Shown: positions 61,901 to 64,000 of the stretch, in pieces | Numbering within the stretch: position 1 is the stretch's first letter | How the letters are laid out: every line of letters starts with the position of its first letter | Assembly: GCF_001194135.2 (NCBI RefSeq) | Contig: NC_068987.1 | Coordinates: 32,157,309-32,221,308, forward strand | DNA from: Octopus bimaculoides | Lineage: Eukaryota | Direction of reading: 5' to 3' | DNA: 64,000 nt | Made by a program: the position numbers and the translations under genes | Notes under the pieces: generated by a model | The model's input: only the letters and a program-made list of their open reading frames with translations | Database searches by the model: none | Told to the model about the DNA's origin: nothing

Positions 61901-62630
61901 GAGACTACAGCCATTAACAAGACCCCCCCCCACCTACTCAGTAACTCTGTCACCATAGATAGACCTTGTAAAGCTTTAACCAGAAACGTTGCAAAGTATT
62001 AGAAATTATTAGGCAACATAATATTGGTTTCTATCTTGGGTACAAGGCCAGTAATTTCGGGGAGGGTGTAAGTTGATTACATCGACACCAGTACGTAATT
62101 GGTACTTATTTTATCGACCTCGAAAGGGATGCAAGGCAAAGGCGACCTCGGCTGAATTTGAATTCAGAACGTAAAGACGAACGAGATGCCGCTAAGCATT
62201 ATGCCCACGTGCTAACGACTCTGGCAGCTTGCCGCCTTATTTGGCAACATAATATTATGAATAATAAGGATTACTGATGATGGGATAAAGGACTAGAAAA
62301 TGGAGATCCTCCTAATACTTGATTGGAACTTATTTCACTGACTTAAGAAAGGTGAAAGGTCAAGTCCACTTCTATGAGATTGAACACAGGACTTAAAAGT
62401 AACATGATTAAATACAGTAGTACTGCGCTACTGATGTTGCTCAGAACAAAACAACTGTCAAAATTATTATGTTAATCATTATGCTGTGTTGACATATTGA
62501 CAGTGAAATGAATATGTGATCTCGGTTTTATAAAGAAAAAAACTCCAATAAAGAACGAATATATGAAGACAAAAAATGGAATATGTAACAGAAAGCACAA
62601 GAGAGATCCGAAACAAAGAAACGTGACACT

Positions 62631-62704
62631 AGGCTCCAGAGGGATTCGAAACCACGACCTCCAGTTTACTAGACTGGCGCTCTAACCATCTGAGCTATGG
62701 AGCC
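62631..62704 (-). pseudogene. tRNA-Thr-AGT: tRNA-Thr(AGT), probably impaired copy
   Basis: Reverse complement GGCTCCATAGCTCAGATGGTTAGAGCGCCAGTCTAGTAAACTGGAGGTCGTGGTTTCGAATCCCTCTGGAGCCT. Acceptor, D and anticodon arms intact, but invariant G53 is T (B-box hit), U50:U64 mismatch, and no close T4 terminator. Confidence 0.75.
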
Positions 62705-62789
62705 ACAACGAAAGTTCACTTGGATAAATTCGTTATATTAGTGAATATTGACGTGGCAATAAAGAATTAGTGTCGTGAGACAGAAGAAA

Positions 62790-63130
62790 CGAATTGTACA
62801 AGTTGCAGCAACACTACCATCAGAAACAACAATAACGACAACAACAGCAACAACTGAAGTTATATTATTCACTGCAATCCAAGTACAAAAGCCACCACCT
62901 CCACTACCAGCATTTGCATAATAATCACCAAGACGACACATTAATACCACCACCACCACCACCACCGCCGCCGCCAGCAGCAGCAGCAGCAGCAGCAGAA
63001 CTGACTTTGGAGTTGGAAAACACGATTACCACCGCAACTGTTAGTACCATCACTACCACGATTAATATCACTTTTACTATTATGTCCGTCAGCAGCAGCA
63101 GCACCACCACCACCACCACCACAACCAGCT
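62790..63130. repeat. mixed trinucleotide tract (AAC, CAC, CCG, CAG)
   Basis: Direct inspection; not flanked by convincing splice signals. Confidence 0.9.
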
Positions 63131-63769
63131 TGTCGAGAAATGAAGGAAGGATCATACCTAACACATAAACACGCATGCGCGCGCTGATACAAACGCAAAC
63201 GCATGTACGGATAGGGATACATACAACATAAAGACAAAATGGAATAAGCAGAACAAGAGACACGTGGGATAAAAAGTGGCTGAAGAGGTCACAGGAGGTA
63301 TGACGAAAGAACTTTGATAAAGAAACATAATAATAATAATAATAATAAAGTTGAAATGAGGACCAAATATGTAGTGCGTGTGTTTAATTGGTGAGAAATT
63401 GGTAAAATATGACCAGCCCATGTATAACAATATCATTTCCAAACCTTTTTATTTTATCTCTCCGGTTTTCACATCCGGATGTTCCGCTGGGTCAAAGGTG
63501 GAACTACATAAGCAGGATATAAGCTAACAAGTCATACCAGCTTACGAGTAACTTCTATTCTTTTAAACGTATATATTATGCATGCTTACACATACACGCA
63601 GACGCATACACATTCGCAAACACATGCACACATATGCATACACACATATACATACACACATACACAAAGATGTATGTGTGTGTATAAAAAAAGACAAAAA
63701 AACAATAACAAAAAAACAACAAAGTGAGGACGTGATACGGATAGTGTTATTAGACGCTCGGGAAAGGAA

Positions 63770-63950
63770 AGAGAGAGAGTATGACGTTTCGGGCGGAGCC
63801 CTTCGTCGGAAAGATGGAAAGTTCAAAGAATGGAAAAACGGAGGAAGAAAAAATCGGCACCGATGCTCACGAGGTTACATTGTGGAAGGACCGGAAGAGG
63901 AGGTGGTGGAGGAAAAGTTCTTTCTAAGACAGGAGAGTGAAAAAGGGAGG
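63770..63950 (-). mobile_element. Penelope-like terminal fragment with hammerhead-like core at 63783-63809
   Basis: Reverse complement CCGACGA-AGGGC-TCC-GCCC-GAAACGTC; U4 is C and stem I is poor. Confidence 0.55.
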
Positions 63951-64000
63951 TGAATATGTGTGCGTGCGCGAGGGTCTGCAAGTGTGTGTGTAATAACAGA

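Overview
AT-rich, repeat-dense animal scaffold with six N-gaps and abundant microsatellites. The SINE families and overall composition are most consistent with an octopod cephalopod (Octopus-like); this is recognition from memory, not a database hit. I recognise no named host protein-coding gene, and almost all ORF-track entries are microsatellite, gap or transposon artefacts. Supported content: (1) a dispersed cluster of six tRNA-Thr(AGT) copies at 28.7-62.7 kb, two near-intact and four decaying; (2) DNA transposons: a complete hAT/Buster element with an 8-bp TSD, a second Buster remnant, a Merlin/IS1595-type transposase split by a newly born minisatellite, and hAT, piggyBac, mariner and 9-bp-TSD MITEs; (3) non-LTR retrotransposons: a CR1 RT ORF, RTE fragments, three R4/Dong-like restriction-like-endonuclease (RLE) elements in microsatellites and a CRE-like 3' end; (4) at least five tRNA-derived SINE families; (5) three Penelope-type minimal hammerhead ribozyme cores, one inside a tRNA-headed SINE; (6) four candidate plus-strand exons of unidentified genes in the CpG-depleted left 25 kb, with a CpG-rich promoter-like zone at 6-9.5 kb. 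The most interesting leads are the hammerhead-bearing SINE, the single-isoacceptor tRNA birth-and-death cluster, a (TAA)n-targeting retroelement community, a 75-nt near-perfect hairpin, and an inverted SINE pair beside a candidate exon. Repeat boundaries without a TSD are approximate (about +/-10-30 nt).
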